From positions 36,518,001 to 36,582,000 of the forward strand of contig OX597831.1 in NCBI GenBank assembly GCA_951406725.2: DNA of 64,000 bases, written 5' to 3'. Position 1 is the first letter of the stretch, and each line of letters opens with the position of its first letter. The DNA comes from Octopus vulgaris (Eukaryota). Made by a program: the position numbers and the translations under genes. The notes beneath the pieces were generated by a model. That model was not told the DNA's origin and ran no database searches. It was given only the letters and a program-made list of their open reading frames with translations. Shown piece after piece: positions 41,652 through 54,774 of the stretch.

Positions 41652-42015
41652 CCCTTTAGCATTTAATCTGGCCATATGGAACAAATCCAGCTGTAGAAAC
41701 ACTGCCAGATCAGACTAGAGTCTGGTTCAGCCTCCTGGCTTCCCAGACCCCAGTTGAACCGTCCACCCCGTGCCAGCATGGAAAATGGAGGTTAAATGAT
41801 GATGATGATGATGATAATATCTGGCCTAAATATTCTAATTGCTTTATGCGGAAACTGACCAGACCCCCACCATTCACACCAAACCTACACTGTCATTCTA
41901 AAAATATACAAACACACCATTCAAATCTCAGAGCTACGAAATAATGTGTGATTAATTCTAAACAATGTAAATAAATAAGCATTACATTTGATAAGAAAAT
42001 CTGAATGCCAAAGTG
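41652..42015. mobile_element. piggyBac-like MITE (second family) with nested family B SINE
   Basis: TTAA-CCCTTTAGCATT...AATGCCAAAGTG-TTAG. Related copies at about 39880-40098, 51970-52287 and 29720-29808. Confidence 0.65.
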
Positions 42016-42486
42016 TTAGACCAGTGTTTCTCAACCTTCTTACACTTGCTTAGCTCTTAAAATAAATTACATGTCTCAAGGAACTGTTGCCCCCCACCCC
42101 CAAATTATATGCCATATCTTTCTCATAATTTTTTCATTCATCGTAGTGCATGTGGTAAATATCATTTGAGTGTGGTCATTGCCAGTGGTACCTGACTAGC
42201 TCCTGTGCTGGGGGCATATAAAAAGTACCGCTTGAGCATGATCAATACCAGTACTGCTTGACTGGCCCTCGTGCTGGTGGCACATAAAAAGCACCCACTA
42301 CACTTTTGGAGCAGTTGGCATTAGGAAGGGCATCTAGCTGTAGAAATCTTGCCAGATCAGATTGGCACCTGGTGCAACCTTCTGGCTTGCCAGTCCTCTG
42401 TTGAACCATCCAACACAAGCCAAAATGGAGAGCAGATGTTAAACGATGATGATGATATGATGATATATATATATATGTAAATATAT

Positions 42487-42675
42487 ATATAAAATACAGT
42501 GTACATTTAAACGCGTTAAGAGGTATCCCTCATAGGACTCCCTTATGCTAGAAGGAACAGCTAAAGTCCAAACCACTAATTAGGGATAATTTGGACTTTA
42601 GCTGTTCCTTCTAGCATAAGGGAGTCCTATGATGGAAACCTCTTAATGTGTTTAAATGTACACTGTATTTTATAT
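42487..42675. repeat. Near-perfect palindrome, about 85-bp arms and 17-nt loop
   Basis: aaaatacagtgtacatttaaac...cagctaaagtccaaa is inverted as tttggactttagctg...gtttaaatgtacactgtatttt. Confidence 0.92.
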
Positions 42676-42774
42676 GAATAATATATAGTCTATTGACTAA
42701 TTTTTCTATGTGCTAGGCCACTGGTAGTAAAATTTTTTAAAATCTTTATTACCCTGATATTATTAATAAATATA

Positions 42775-42945
42775 TTATATATATTTCTCTCCTCGTTTTT
42801 CCTGTGTCCCTTTCTGTAGAAGAGCGTAGGCTCGAAACCTAAAAGACTTTTTATATTCCTGAGCATTATACTAATACATTTGTTTGTTTTGTACACCACC
42901 TGTCTTTGTCTTTTGATTTTTTTCGTTAACTCTCTCGTTATATAC
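42775..42945 (+). mobile_element. Family F short repeat with HHR-like motif
   Basis: CTTT-CTGTAGA-A-GAGC-gtag-GCTC-GAAA-CC-TA-AAAG at 42810-42845. Homologous to 9262-9458. Confidence 0.65.
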
Positions 42946-44185
42946 ATATATATATATATATATATAAATGGTGTCCATAAATTATAGACATCACTAAATA
43001 TATCCCCAATGATTGTTATATTTTTCTGATAACATTAATAGGTTAGATAGGATGATGTCTATATTTCAATAACGAATAATATGTTGTGCAGGTATAGTAA
43101 TATTACGACCATGTAATTAGCATTATCTCACGGAACACCTAGAAACCTTTTGCAGAACCCTAGGGTTCTGGGGAACCCCAGTTGAGAAACACTGCTAAAC
43201 ATTGAGGTTGATGTAATAAACTTATACACTTTAGTCTCGTTATCAATGTTAGAAATATGTTATAGACACCCTAGAATTCTATACTTCACACACATGCACA
43301 CATGGAAAACAAAAGGAACAAGCTAATCAGGTAGTTGCTGAATGGTTGCTTGCTCCAACGGAAATGGGATGTGGCAAATGAAACTTAAAAAAACAGCACA
43401 CTCTTTTATTCTTTTACTTGTTTCAGTCATTCAACTGTGGCCATGCTGGACCATTGCCTTTAGCTGAGCAAATCGACCCCGGGACTTATTCTTTGTAAGC
43501 CTAGTACTTATTCTATCAGTCTCTTTCACCGAACCGCTAAGTTACGGAGATGTAAACACACCAGCATCGGTTGTCAAGCGATGTTGTGGGGACAAACTCA
43601 GACACACAAACATGTACACACACATACATATATATACATATATACGATGGGCTTCTTTCAGTTTCCATCTACCAAATCCACTCACAAGGCTTTAGTTGGC
43701 CTGAGGATATAGTAGAAGACACTTGCCCAAGGTGCCATGCAGTGGGACTGCACCCAGAACCATGAGGTTGGTAAGCAAGCTACTTACCACACAGCCATAA
43801 ACAGAACCATACCAACTAAATCTGGGCTCACAACGATATGTACAGAAAAAAATTTATCTGCCTTTTGTAGGCAAATAAAAGTGATAACTAAATCTATTGC
43901 CCAAATGACGACATATTCTCTACATATTCTGAATAGACCCAGGGTATGCACAACATTTTGCAGCAGAAGAGTGTATCCCAAACTGCCAATGTTCTCCCTC
44001 TTTTCATAGTAGTGACAAACCAGGAATTTCTTTAAGGCACTGGAGTGGCTGTGTGGTAAGCAGCTTGCTTACCAACCACATGGTTCAGTCCCACTGCATA
44101 GCACCTTGGGCAAGTGTCTTCTACTATAGCCTCAGGCCGACCAAAGTCTTGTGAGTGGATTTAGTAGATAGAAACTGAAAGAAGA

Positions 44186-44225
<40 letters not shown>

Positions 44226-44315
44226 CGTGTGTGTGTCCAACCGTGCTAGCGCGGAAAACGGATGTTAAACGATGATGATGATGATGATGATGTGTGTGTG
44301 TGTGTGTGTGTCTGT

Positions 44316-44352
<37 letters not shown>

Positions 44353-45049
44353 TGTGTGTGAGTGGGTGTGTGTGTGTGTGTGTGTATGTATATCTTTGTG
44401 TCTGTGTTTGTTCCCCCACCAACATTGCTTGACAACCGATACTGGTGTCTTTACGTCCCCGTCACTTAGCGGTACTAGGCTTACAAAGAATAAGTCTTGG
44501 GGTCGATTTACTCGACTAAAGGCGGTGCTCCAGCATCGCCACAGTTAAATGACTGAAACAAATAAAAGATAAAAGAAAAAGACTCAAGGCTGAAATAATA
44601 GTAGCATTAGTAAAATGATAAGACTTTAATTGGGATTTGAAACTAAGTAGCTGATGGATTGCTGGATGTCACTAATAGCTTATATAACTTATTTTCGCTA
44701 AGATATTTTCATCTAATGTTCTCTGAAATATCAATTTCAATTTGTTAATCATGAATCTATTTAGAATGATCGCAGATGATAGCGAAGAGTTTATGTGCAT
44801 TCTATAATGAAGGGATCTTCATATACAAAAAATAAAAAAATGAAAAACTGGCTAATACAAGATAGATGTAATCAGCTTAGCTTTAATGTGGTATAGTTGT
44901 GTATACTGATTATTACTTCTGAAGATAACTTTCTGAAATGATCATAGATTGTACTTTTACCAAATCATAGCACTTCGTTAAAAGGGAGATAGCACACTTA
45001 TCACACACACATACACATGCACTCATACATACATACATACATACATACA

Positions 45050-45083
<34 letters not shown>

Positions 45084-45098
45084 CATACATTAACTTAC

Positions 45099-45199
45099 AT
45101 TATAAAGAGGTCAAGAGCTACTTCAAAGTTTTGCCAAAAATTCTGTCTTTCAGTTTGACAGCTTTTGAAGCCAGTCTTTGGTGAATCTTCAAGAATCTT
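45099..45199 (-). CDS. Candidate 101-nt internal coding exon of an unidentified host gene
   Basis: ttttaagtattgcAG|AAGATT...TTATAAT|GTAAGT. Open frame KILEDSPKTGFKSCQTERQNFWQNFEVALDLFI, and its phase 0 start matches the end of 53863-53962. Confidence 0.45.
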
Positions 45200-45666
45200 C
45201 TGCAATACTTAAAAGTCCTCTTTACATCAGGTTTTCTCCACTTATTCAGAGCAACATTTTCCAAGAGAAGAAAGAGCGATGAAAGTCTAAGAACTAGGAT
45301 GAGAGGGTATGATGAAAAAATCTGATTGATCAGAATGATAATTAATAAAAGACGGAATAAAAGAGGAGAAATGGTGACAGCTACACGCTGGTTATTGACA
45401 TGGAGATTGACTAGGAAAAATAGCATCAACACCATGATGGGGGAATGTAATTCTTTTATTCTTTAACTCTTTCACTTAATTCAGTTGTTAGACTGTGGCT
45501 CTGCTGGAGCACCCTCTTGAAGAATTATAATCGAGCAAATTGATCCTAGTATTTATTCTATTGGTGACTCTTTGTTGAACTTCTAAGTTGCAGGGATGTA
45601 AACACACCAACACCAGTTGCCAATTTGTGGCGGGGGACAAACACTGACACAAACACACACACACAC

Positions 45667-45717
<51 letters not shown>

Positions 45718-45985
45718 TATGTATATACGATGGGCTTGGTTTCAGTTTTCCTTGACCAAATCCACTCACAAGACTTTGGTCGGCCTGAAGCTATAAAAGA
45801 CATATGCCTAAGGTGCCATGTTGTGGGATAAAACATGGAACCATGTGCTTGGGGGAACCAAACTTCTTACCACACAACAATGTTTGCACCTCATGGTATT
45901 TTAATATTTCCTTAATACTTTATGTTTTATTAGGAATGATAATGTTCCAAAGTTTGCTAACACTTTGAAACCATCAAGTGTGTGC

Positions 45986-46034
<49 letters not shown>

Positions 46035-46499
46035 TGTGTGTGTGTTTATCAGTACAAATTGCTTTATCTAATTGTAGCAAAATGTAACTTAATTATAGAA
46101 ATGAGTAGGGATTTGATAAAACAAATATCAATCTGAAGTAAAAACTGCATCATCAAGATAATCAACTAAAACCTTTGAATGTGGTGGGTGCCCCAGCATG
46201 GCTGCAACCCAATAATTGAAACCAGTAAAAGCACGTCAATCCAAGACATTCTCTGCCAATCTAAATATGAGAGGATTCCATAAAGTTCTTGGCTTTAAGG
46301 GTATTACAAAAGGCCTGGTTGGTGAGTTCTTTTACAGGGCTGAGAAAAACTGAAGGACCACTGCAATACGTGTGTAAATCTGAGAGGCGAAGATGTTTAA
46401 TAAAATCACAATTAACTGGTCCTCCTATATTTTGTTTTTCCCAAAGCCAGGAATTTTTCAGCACCTACTCACACATATTACAATATAAGTTTGTTATCT

Positions 46500-47058
46500 C
46501 TGCCGCAGTCGACTTTGCTTTTCATTCTTTTGGGGGTCACTAAATTAAGTACCAGTTGTGTACTGGGGTTGATCTAATCGACTGGATCCCTCCCTCCAAA
46601 TTTTGGGCCTTGTGCCTAGAGTAGAAAAGAATATATATTTCTTTACTACCCACAAGGGGCTACACACAGAGGGGAAAAATAAGGACAAACGGATTACGTC
46701 GACCCAGTGCGTAACTGGTACTTAATTTATCGACCTCGAAAGGGTGAAAGGCAAAGTCGACCTCGGCGGAATTTGAACTCAGAACGTAACGGCAGACGAA
46801 ATACAGCTACGCATTTCGCCCAGCGTGCTAACGTTTCTGCCGGCTCGCCGCCTTTTTAGAAAAGAATATAAGTTTAGAAAAGAATATAAGTAGAAAAGAA
46901 TATAAGTTTGTTACTTCCGCCGAGGTTGACTTTGCTTTCCATCCTTTTGGGGTCGAAAAATTAAGTACCATATGTATACTGGGATCGATCTAATCGACTG
47001 GCCCACCCCCTTCTCCAAAATTTTGGGCCTTGTGCCTAGAGTAGAAAAGAATATAAGT
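46500..47058. mobile_element. Family C SINE fragments in alternating orientation
   Basis: Plus 46500-46632, minus 46637-46852, plus 46915-47052. Confidence 0.85.
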
Positions 47059-47430
47059 TTGTTATTTGTCTTACAGACTATTGTGGAAATTATTTCAATA
47101 ACTACAAACAGCTGCTCACTATTGAATTGTACAATCCTTATGGCATGCAAACATGGACAACATTACTATCATAGAGAAAAAAAATTAAAATCTCTTTTCA
47201 TTTGACAAATCATTCCAAAAGTACTAACATCATAACAAAGCTGAGAGACAAAACTTCTCCATAAAAGCCTGACTAAAGATTTCTTTCTCTTTAAACCCTT
47301 TACTGTTTCACCTGAGTTTCACCTGAGACTACTCAAAATCCTTTAGGGCTAACATTTTGCTTTAAAATGATTTAAATTAGAACCTCTTATCAAAATATGG
47401 TGCTAATTTTTGTTCGAAACACCAGCTTAA

Positions 47431-47905
47431 CCCATTCGTTACTAACTCAGCTGAAACTGGCTCTGGCTCTATGGTACAAATGTCTTGTTTTCATAAGTTC
47501 TGAATTAAAATCTTCCACCAAACCTTAGTCACAATTTATGTTCCTAACACAAGATGAATGACAACTAAGTTATTTTACTAAATTCTTTGTTATATTTAAA
47601 ATTAATTGAAAGAAACACAGAGCATCTCAAAAGAAATATGATAATGAAAGGGTTAAAATATATAATAGAGAAACAATTCTTAACCATTTTGATAGCAACC
47701 TGGCTGAAACTGCCTCTGGCTCTGCAGTACAAATGCCTTGTTTTCATAAGTTCTGAATTAAAATCTTCCACCAAACCTTAATCACAATTTATGTTCCTAA
47801 CACTAGCTGAATGATAACTAAGTTATTTTACTAAATTCTTTGATATATTTAAAATTAATTAAAAGAAACACAGAGCATCTCAAAATATATACAGTAATGA
47901 AAGGG
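47431..47905. mobile_element. Two tandem piggyBac-like MITEs
   Basis: TTAA-CCC...GGG-TTAA at 47431-47652 and TTAA-CCA...GGG-TTAA at 47684-47905. Confidence 0.75.
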
Positions 47906-47987
47906 TTAATAATAACAAAATGATCATACTAAATTCTCCTTTATTTTCAGAATTGATTGATATAACACCAATGTATTTCAGCAGAAA

Positions 47988-49385
47988 TATTCTTTTCTTT
48001 TCTACTCTAGACAAAAGGCCCGAAATTTTCGGGGGAGGGGACAATCGATAGGATTAACCCCAGTATGCAACTGGTACTTAATTCATCAACCCCGAAAGGA
48101 TGAAAGGTAAAATCGACCACGGCAGAATTTGAATTCAGAACATAAAGAGACGAAATTCCACTTAGCCTTTCACCTGGCATGCTAACGTTTCTGCCAGCTT
48201 GACACCTTCATATTCTTTTCTACTCTAGGCACAACGCCCGAAATTTTGGAAGAGGGGGGGTCAGTCAATTAGATCAGCCCCATATATTATAGAACTCAAG
48301 CATCAGGAATACATAGTTTGTTCAAATGTTGCCAATTTCTTTTGAATTCATTGAAAGATTTCTGTAATGTTGGAGCATCTAGACTGAGAATACATCACTC
48401 ATTTGTACGAGAACAGATGGGTATTCTTTTCTATTCTAGGCATAAGGCCCGAAATTTTGGGTGAAGGGGCCAGTCGAGTAGATCGACCCCAGTATGCAAC
48501 TGCTACTTAATTTATCGACCCTGAAAGGATGAAAGGCAAAATCGACCTCGGTGGAATTTGAACTCAGAACGTAAAGACAGACGAAATACCACTAAGCATT
48601 TCACCCGGTGTGCTAACGATTCCACCAGCTTGCCACCTTCATATTCTTTTCTGCTCTAGGCACAAAGTCCGAAATTTGAGGGGAAGGGGCCAGTCGGTTA
48701 GATCAACCCCAGTACTCAACTGTTACTTAATTTATCAACTCTGAAAGGATGAAAGGCAAAATCGGCCTTGATCATAAAGACAGACGAAATACCTATTTCT
48801 TTATTACCCACAAGGGACTAAACACAGAGGGGACAAACAAGGACAGACATAGGTATTAAGTCGATTACATCGACCCCAATGCGTAACTGGTACTTAATTT
48901 ATCGACCCCGAAAGGATGAAAGGCAAAGTCGACCTCGGTGGAATTTGAACTCACAACGTAACGCAGACGAAATACTGCTAAGCATTTCACCCGGCGTGCT
49001 AACGTTTCTGCCAGCTCGCCACTCTCATATTCTTTTCTACTCTAGGCACAAGGCCCGAAATTTTGGGGGAAGGCGCCAGTCAACTAAATCGACCCTGTTA
49101 CACAACTGCTACTCGATTTATTGACCTCGAAAGGATGAAAAGCAAAATCGACCTCAGTAGAATTTGAATTTAGAATGTAAAGACAGACGAAATACCTATT
49201 TCTTTACTACCCACAAGGGGCTACACACAGAGAGGACAAATGGATTACATCGATTATATCGACCCCAGTGCATAACTGCTACTTAATTTATCGACCCTGA
49301 AAGGATGGAAGGCAAAGCCGTAACGGCAGACGAAATACGGTTATGCATTTCACCCGGCGTGCTAATGTTTCTGCCAGTTCTCCCA
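47988..49385 (-). mobile_element. Head-to-tail array of about 7 family C SINE units
   Basis: Units of about 200-220 bp, starting on the + strand with either tattcttttctactctaggcacaagg or tatttctttactacccacaagggg. Confidence 0.88.
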
Positions 49386-50464
49386 AGCTTAATTCCAACA
49401 GAAATATTGTAACAAAAGAGTTAAAACCACAAGATATCTGATACTAACCAACAAGGATCAGTTTCAAAGCAATGTTTCTTTGTTTTGCTTAGAAGGTGCT
49501 GAAATTGAAACTGAGATACAAGAGGGATCTAACTACACTTGACAATTTCAATTTGTTGGATAAGTCCAAGATTTTCTATTTAAATTATATTTACTTCTGT
49601 ATGTGTAATATAACATGTTTCTAAAAAGAAGTGGAATGAAAACAAAAAAGCACACGAGTAAGGCATAATGGAAATAGCATTGCCTTCCAAGATATTTACA
49701 AGAGTGAAGTTGTATAACACTGCAATATCATTCTAACTTGTAATATTTCTGGTTGCTCGGTCTAAAAGCAGCAAAATACCATTGTCACATGTTGCTGAAA
49801 GCATTCTGGGAATCCCATTATATGTGCAGCTAAGTTGAAAATATCGACAGAAAGAAAACCGTGTGCAACGACTTTCTTAAAGTGGCTCTTAGAAACGAAA
49901 TGCACATTGGTGCTATGGAAAATATAAAAGCAGGGTTGGGTCAGGAGAACAAAGTAAATGTGAACTCTTCTGCACTATAAAAAAAATTTTCATTTTAAGA
50001 AAGAGGAGTGAACCACAAAAGCTGATTGGCTATAAAATTATATACAGTAGAAGAACAGAAAGAATTTACCATTGAGAATTCTCTGGAGAGAGAACTAAAT
50101 GGCATATACAGCATGGCGCAAAAGTCAAAATCTGTTCTAAAAGTTACAACACTGAAAGTAAAAATGGAAGGAATTTGTGGAATATTATTCTCCACAATTA
50201 ATTCAAAGCAACTTCTAAAGTCCAATGTATTTTTATACTCTTTTATTCTTTTATATTCTTTTACTTGTTTCAGTCATATGACTGGGGCCATGCTGGAGCA
50301 CTGCCTTGAAGGGATTTAGTTGAACAAATCAACCCCAATACGTATTGTTTAAGTCTAGTACTTATTCGATTGGTCTCTTTGGCTGAGCTGCTAATGTTAC
50401 AGGGGACATAAACGCACCAACACTGGTTGTCAAGCAGTGATGGGGTGACAGACACAGACACAAT

Positions 50465-50495
<31 letters not shown>

Positions 50496-50639
50496 ATACA
50501 TATATATATATACACACACATGTATACATATATGTATATATATATATATATATATACCTATATGTGTATGTATATATAAATATGTATGTATATGTATGTA
50601 TATATATGTATACATAAATATATACATATATGTATGCAT

Positions 50640-50684
<45 letters not shown>

Positions 50685-50771
50685 TAACAAAGTGGAGTTG
50701 TAAGGTACCACACGAGTGGAATTATATATGAAAGAAGGTTTGAAAAGGCAATTTTAAAAGATGCTTATTTA

Positions 50772-50810
50772 CTTGACCAGTTTCACTTTTTAGAAAAAGA
50801 TTGTCAAAAG
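50772..50810 (-). ncRNA. HHR-like motif with U3-A8 core variant
   Basis: Minus strand reads CTT-TTGACAA-t-CTTTT-tcta-AAAAG-t-GAAAC-TG-GTC-AAG. Confidence 0.4.
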
Positions 50811-51705
50811 GAACATGTAAAAGCTTTGTTGTGTTAGGTATTGGTTGTCACAAAATATTACAATACATATATACATTCTTTGATAATAATAAGAACATGT
50901 TAAAAAACAGTGTACAAGGAAAAATATTGGGAAAATACAAAAAAATTTAACAAGTTCATTAAAATATTGGGCACAAAAGATTACAATATATATATATATT
51001 CTTAAGAAAATGTTAAAAGCAGTTTACAGAAAGAATTATTAAAAAGTTCAGAGGAATATTGGTATTGTATCTATATATATATGCACATAAATATTAAAAG
51101 TTCAAAAAGGTTTCATTTTAGTAGTATATAAATGTACAATGAGGCAGATATATTTAGTTTGAACTGACCTGATTCACCATATTATCGTATAAGATAATGT
51201 GGTGGTCTTTCTGCTAGTATATATATCATCATCATCATCATCATCATCGTTTAACGTCCGTTTTCCATGCTAGCATGGGTTGGACGGTTTTGACTGAGGG
51301 CTGGCAACCAGATGGCTGCACCAGGCTCCAGTCTTGATCTGGCAGAGTTTTTACAGCTGGATGCCCTTCCTAATGCCAACCACTCCGAGAGTGTAGTGGG
51401 TGCTTTTTACGTGCCACCTGCACAGGGGCCAGTCAGGAGGTACTGGCAAAGTCAGGCAGTACTGGCAAAATATATATATATAGCTTGATTACTTTCAGTT
51501 GATAGACTGTGGTCATGCTGGGGCACTGCCCTGTGGAATTTTAGTCAAATGCTTTGACTACTCTACTTAGTTCCTTTTAAAATTGGTACTCATTTCTTTG
51601 TCTCTTTTGCCAAACCATTAACTTAAGGGAACATAAAAACACCAACAGTTTGTCAAGTGGTGGTGGGAGGCAAACACAGACACACAGACAGATACACAGA
51701 CATAT

Positions 51706-51758
<53 letters not shown>

Positions 51759-52416
51759 CACATGACAGAGTTTTTCAGTTTCTGTCAAACAAAATCCATT
51801 CACCAGGATTTGTTAGGCCCAAGACTGTAATAGAAAACACTTGTTCAAGGTGCCACACAGTAAGATTGAAATTGCAACAATGTGATTGGGAAGGAAACTT
51901 TTTACCACACGGCCACCCCTGTGTCTGTATACGATCTCTCTATGTCATTCGACACATTTATTTATTCAACCCTTTAACCCTGCCACATCTTGCCCAAATA
52001 CTCAATCTTGTTTTATGTTGTAACTCTCTAGATCTAAGCCCTTCAGAAACACACTCTACAATGTCATTCTGAAAGCAAATAACCACATCCTCAAAATCCC
52101 GAAGCTACGAGGTAACACATAATTAATTGAATACAATATGAAGAAAGAAGCATTACATCATCATCATCATCAACATTGCTTAGTACTTGTCTTCCATGCC
52201 TTGCATGGGTTGGACAGTTAGACAGGATCTGGCCAGGGTGAAGACAAAATATGACAGAAGCATTTTGATGCTTCTGCCTAGGGTTAAAACTTCAACTTCA
52301 CTCTGATGCTATTTGATATTTGCTCCTTATTAATGTTTGCCTTGACAACCATGATATTAGAGAACTTTCAAGTGCAACAGACTGAAGCTCAAATTCAAAT
52401 AACCTCCATTACGTGT

Positions 52417-52930
52417 TTTAATACTTTCTTTTCACTAGTTTTTATACTAACCCAACCTATGTGTATGCACATATGTGTATGTGCAAGCATATATGTATGT
52501 ATGTATGTATGTATGTATATATGTACGTATGTATATATGTATATTTTGAATACTTTCTTTTCACTAGTTTTTATACTAACCCAACCTATGTGTATACACA
52601 TATGTGTATGTGCAAGCATATATGTATGCATGTATGTATGTATGTATGCATGTATGTATGTATGTATGTATGTATGTATGTATGTATGTATGTATGTATG
52701 TATGTATGTATGTATGTATGTATGTATGTATGTATGTATGTATGTATGTATGTATGTATGTATGTATATTTTGAATACTTTCTTTTCACTAGTTTTTATA
52801 CTAACCCAACCTATGTGTATGCGCATATGTGTATGTGCAAGCATATATGTATGCATGTATGTATGTATGTATGTATGTATGTATGCATGTATGTATGTAG
52901 GTATGTATATACGTATGTACGTTCATACAT
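52417..52930. repeat. Three tandem copies of an approximately 80-bp unit separated by variable (TATG)n
   Basis: aatactttcttttcactagtttttatactaacccaacctatgtgtat at about 52420, 52549 and 52774. Confidence 0.92.
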
Positions 52931-52955
52931 ATGTACATATGAATGTATTTATGAA

Positions 52956-53312
52956 TATAATTACTAAATATTTGCTCACAAAACACCATGTATGAGAAAA
53001 CCTAAAATTTATTTTTTAATATTAGTAAAGCTTACTTTATCAGTAATGTACCGAACTTGTACATTATTGGCAAAGTAAATATTAACACATTTAGTTGTAG
53101 AATATCATATTATTGTGACACATCACTAATATTCAATAAACACCAACATCAGCAGAAAATATGTGCTAATTGCAGTTAAGTTAACAGTACATTTCTGTTA
53201 CCAATAACTATCTTAACCCATTATATTTTTCAAGATATACACAAAGTAGCATACATTTTAAATCAGAGTTTATTGAGATGTTAATTAAAGGTATAATCCT
53301 TCCAAACTATCA
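52956..53312 (+). repeat. Left arm of a 357-bp inverted repeat
   Basis: Reverse complement of 54775-55131 with scattered substitutions. Confidence 0.93.
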
Positions 53313-53560
53313 TACATTACGCCAGTGGTTCCCAGCCTGGGATCCATGGACCCCTGGTAGTCTGCCAAGGTAGTACTGGGGGCCTGTGAACTAAATACAA
53401 AATTTCATATATATATATATATATATGTAGTGTGGGTATGTGATAAGAAGCTTGTTTTCCAACCACATGTTCCTGGGTTCAGTCCTGCTTTATTGATCCT
53501 TGGGCCACTGACCAAAGCCTTTTGATTTGATTTGGTTGATGAAAACTGAAAGAAGCCTGT

Positions 53561-53597
<37 letters not shown>

Positions 53598-53862
53598 CAG
53601 TATGTGTGTGTGTGAGTGTGTGTATCTGTGCATTTGTGTGTCTATGTTTGAGTCCACCCACCAACACTTGACAACTGATGTGGTTGTATTTACAACTAAG
53701 CAGTCCGGTAAAACTAAATACAGGAGGGTCGGTTAATAATGCTTCACACATTTTCTGCAGTGGTCCTTCAGTTTTTCTTAGCCTTGTAAAAGAGCTCAGC
53801 AGTGTGGGCCTCCAACCAGATCTTTTGAGATAACCTTTAAAACCAGGAAATTATTTGCTTAC

Positions 53863-53962
53863 CGCATACATAATCCAGTTTCTGATCTCCAACAGTGCAT
53901 GTTGAAGAGTAGAATATATATGATGTAATTCCTCTTTATAACCTCTGTATATATGGGAACAT
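53863..53962 (-). CDS. Candidate 100-nt internal coding exon of an unidentified host gene
   Basis: cagtttcctgtttatAG|ATGTTC...TATGCG|GTAAGC. Open frame CSHIYRGYKEELHHIYSTLQHALLEIRNWIMYA (a second frame is also open). Confidence 0.5.
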
Positions 53963-54204
53963 CTATAAACAGGAAACTGATAACATCTTCTCTTCAAGAT
54001 ACTGTGATCACCAGTACCAAAGGTTAATCATTAAAGTATACCAACAGTTCGGAAAAAGAAACAGTGAACTTAGGATTTAATTTGTTTACAATTCGACCAG
54101 CTCTTGAAAACAATATACACATTTTAATTTATACTTATTCAGTAAGATACAAACATACAGTATTAATATCCAGCACAAGTCCACATAAATAAAATAAATG
54201 CGCC

Positions 54205-54432
54205 CTTTTAAAGCCTAGCCAGGCTCATGGGCCCAGTTTCCTGGTTTCTATTGCGTATGTGTTCCCCTGCTGGACAGAAGGCCATTCCATCGCAGCATTA
54301 CTCATTTTTGCCAGCTGAGTGGACTGGAGCAACGTGAAATGAAGTGTTTTGCTCAAGAACACAACGTGTCACCCGGTCCAGGAAATCTTACGATCGTGGT
54401 GCTGACATACTAACCACTAAGCCACCTGCCTC
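54205..54432 (-). mobile_element. tRNA-headed SINE
   Basis: Minus-strand TGGCTTAGTGG A box and gttcttgagcaaaacacttc domain. The tail is shared with 56220-56315. Confidence 0.7.
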
Positions 54433-54774
54433 TACATAAGTCCACATACTCAAACAAATGATGAGTCTACATATTCAAACATATGAACCAATATATTCAC
54501 CTGGTTAATAATGAATTCACTCATTTCTACTTTCCATTTAATATTCTATTAACACTTTATTATAATTTAAATGCACAAAGTCAGAGGAAACGGGTTCAAA
54601 TCCTATGGCTAATCTAGGTAATCAAACAGCGGTATCAGAGAACTATAAATACATCAGAAACCCTTTCTACAATCTACATAATTACCTAAAATCACAACAG
54701 CCATTGAAATTTGCTAGCCAGATGTGAGTCAAAATATAGGAGTAGAAGAGAGCCAAATGTCATGGTATAAAGTC

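Larger units (their letters stand above)
42022..43194. mobile_element. hAT (Charlie-like) non-autonomous element with nested insertions
   Basis: 14-bp TIRs CAGTGTTTCTCAAC / GTTGAGAAACACTG. TSD not clean. Confidence 0.65.

Noticed and set aside
46280-46400. Segment inversely similar to 53735-53850
   Set aside because: Diverged and short, most likely two copies of another dispersed repeat.
47988-49385. CRISPR-like or satellite-like periodicity
   Set aside because: The units are about 210-bp SINE copies without unique spacers, and there are no cas genes.
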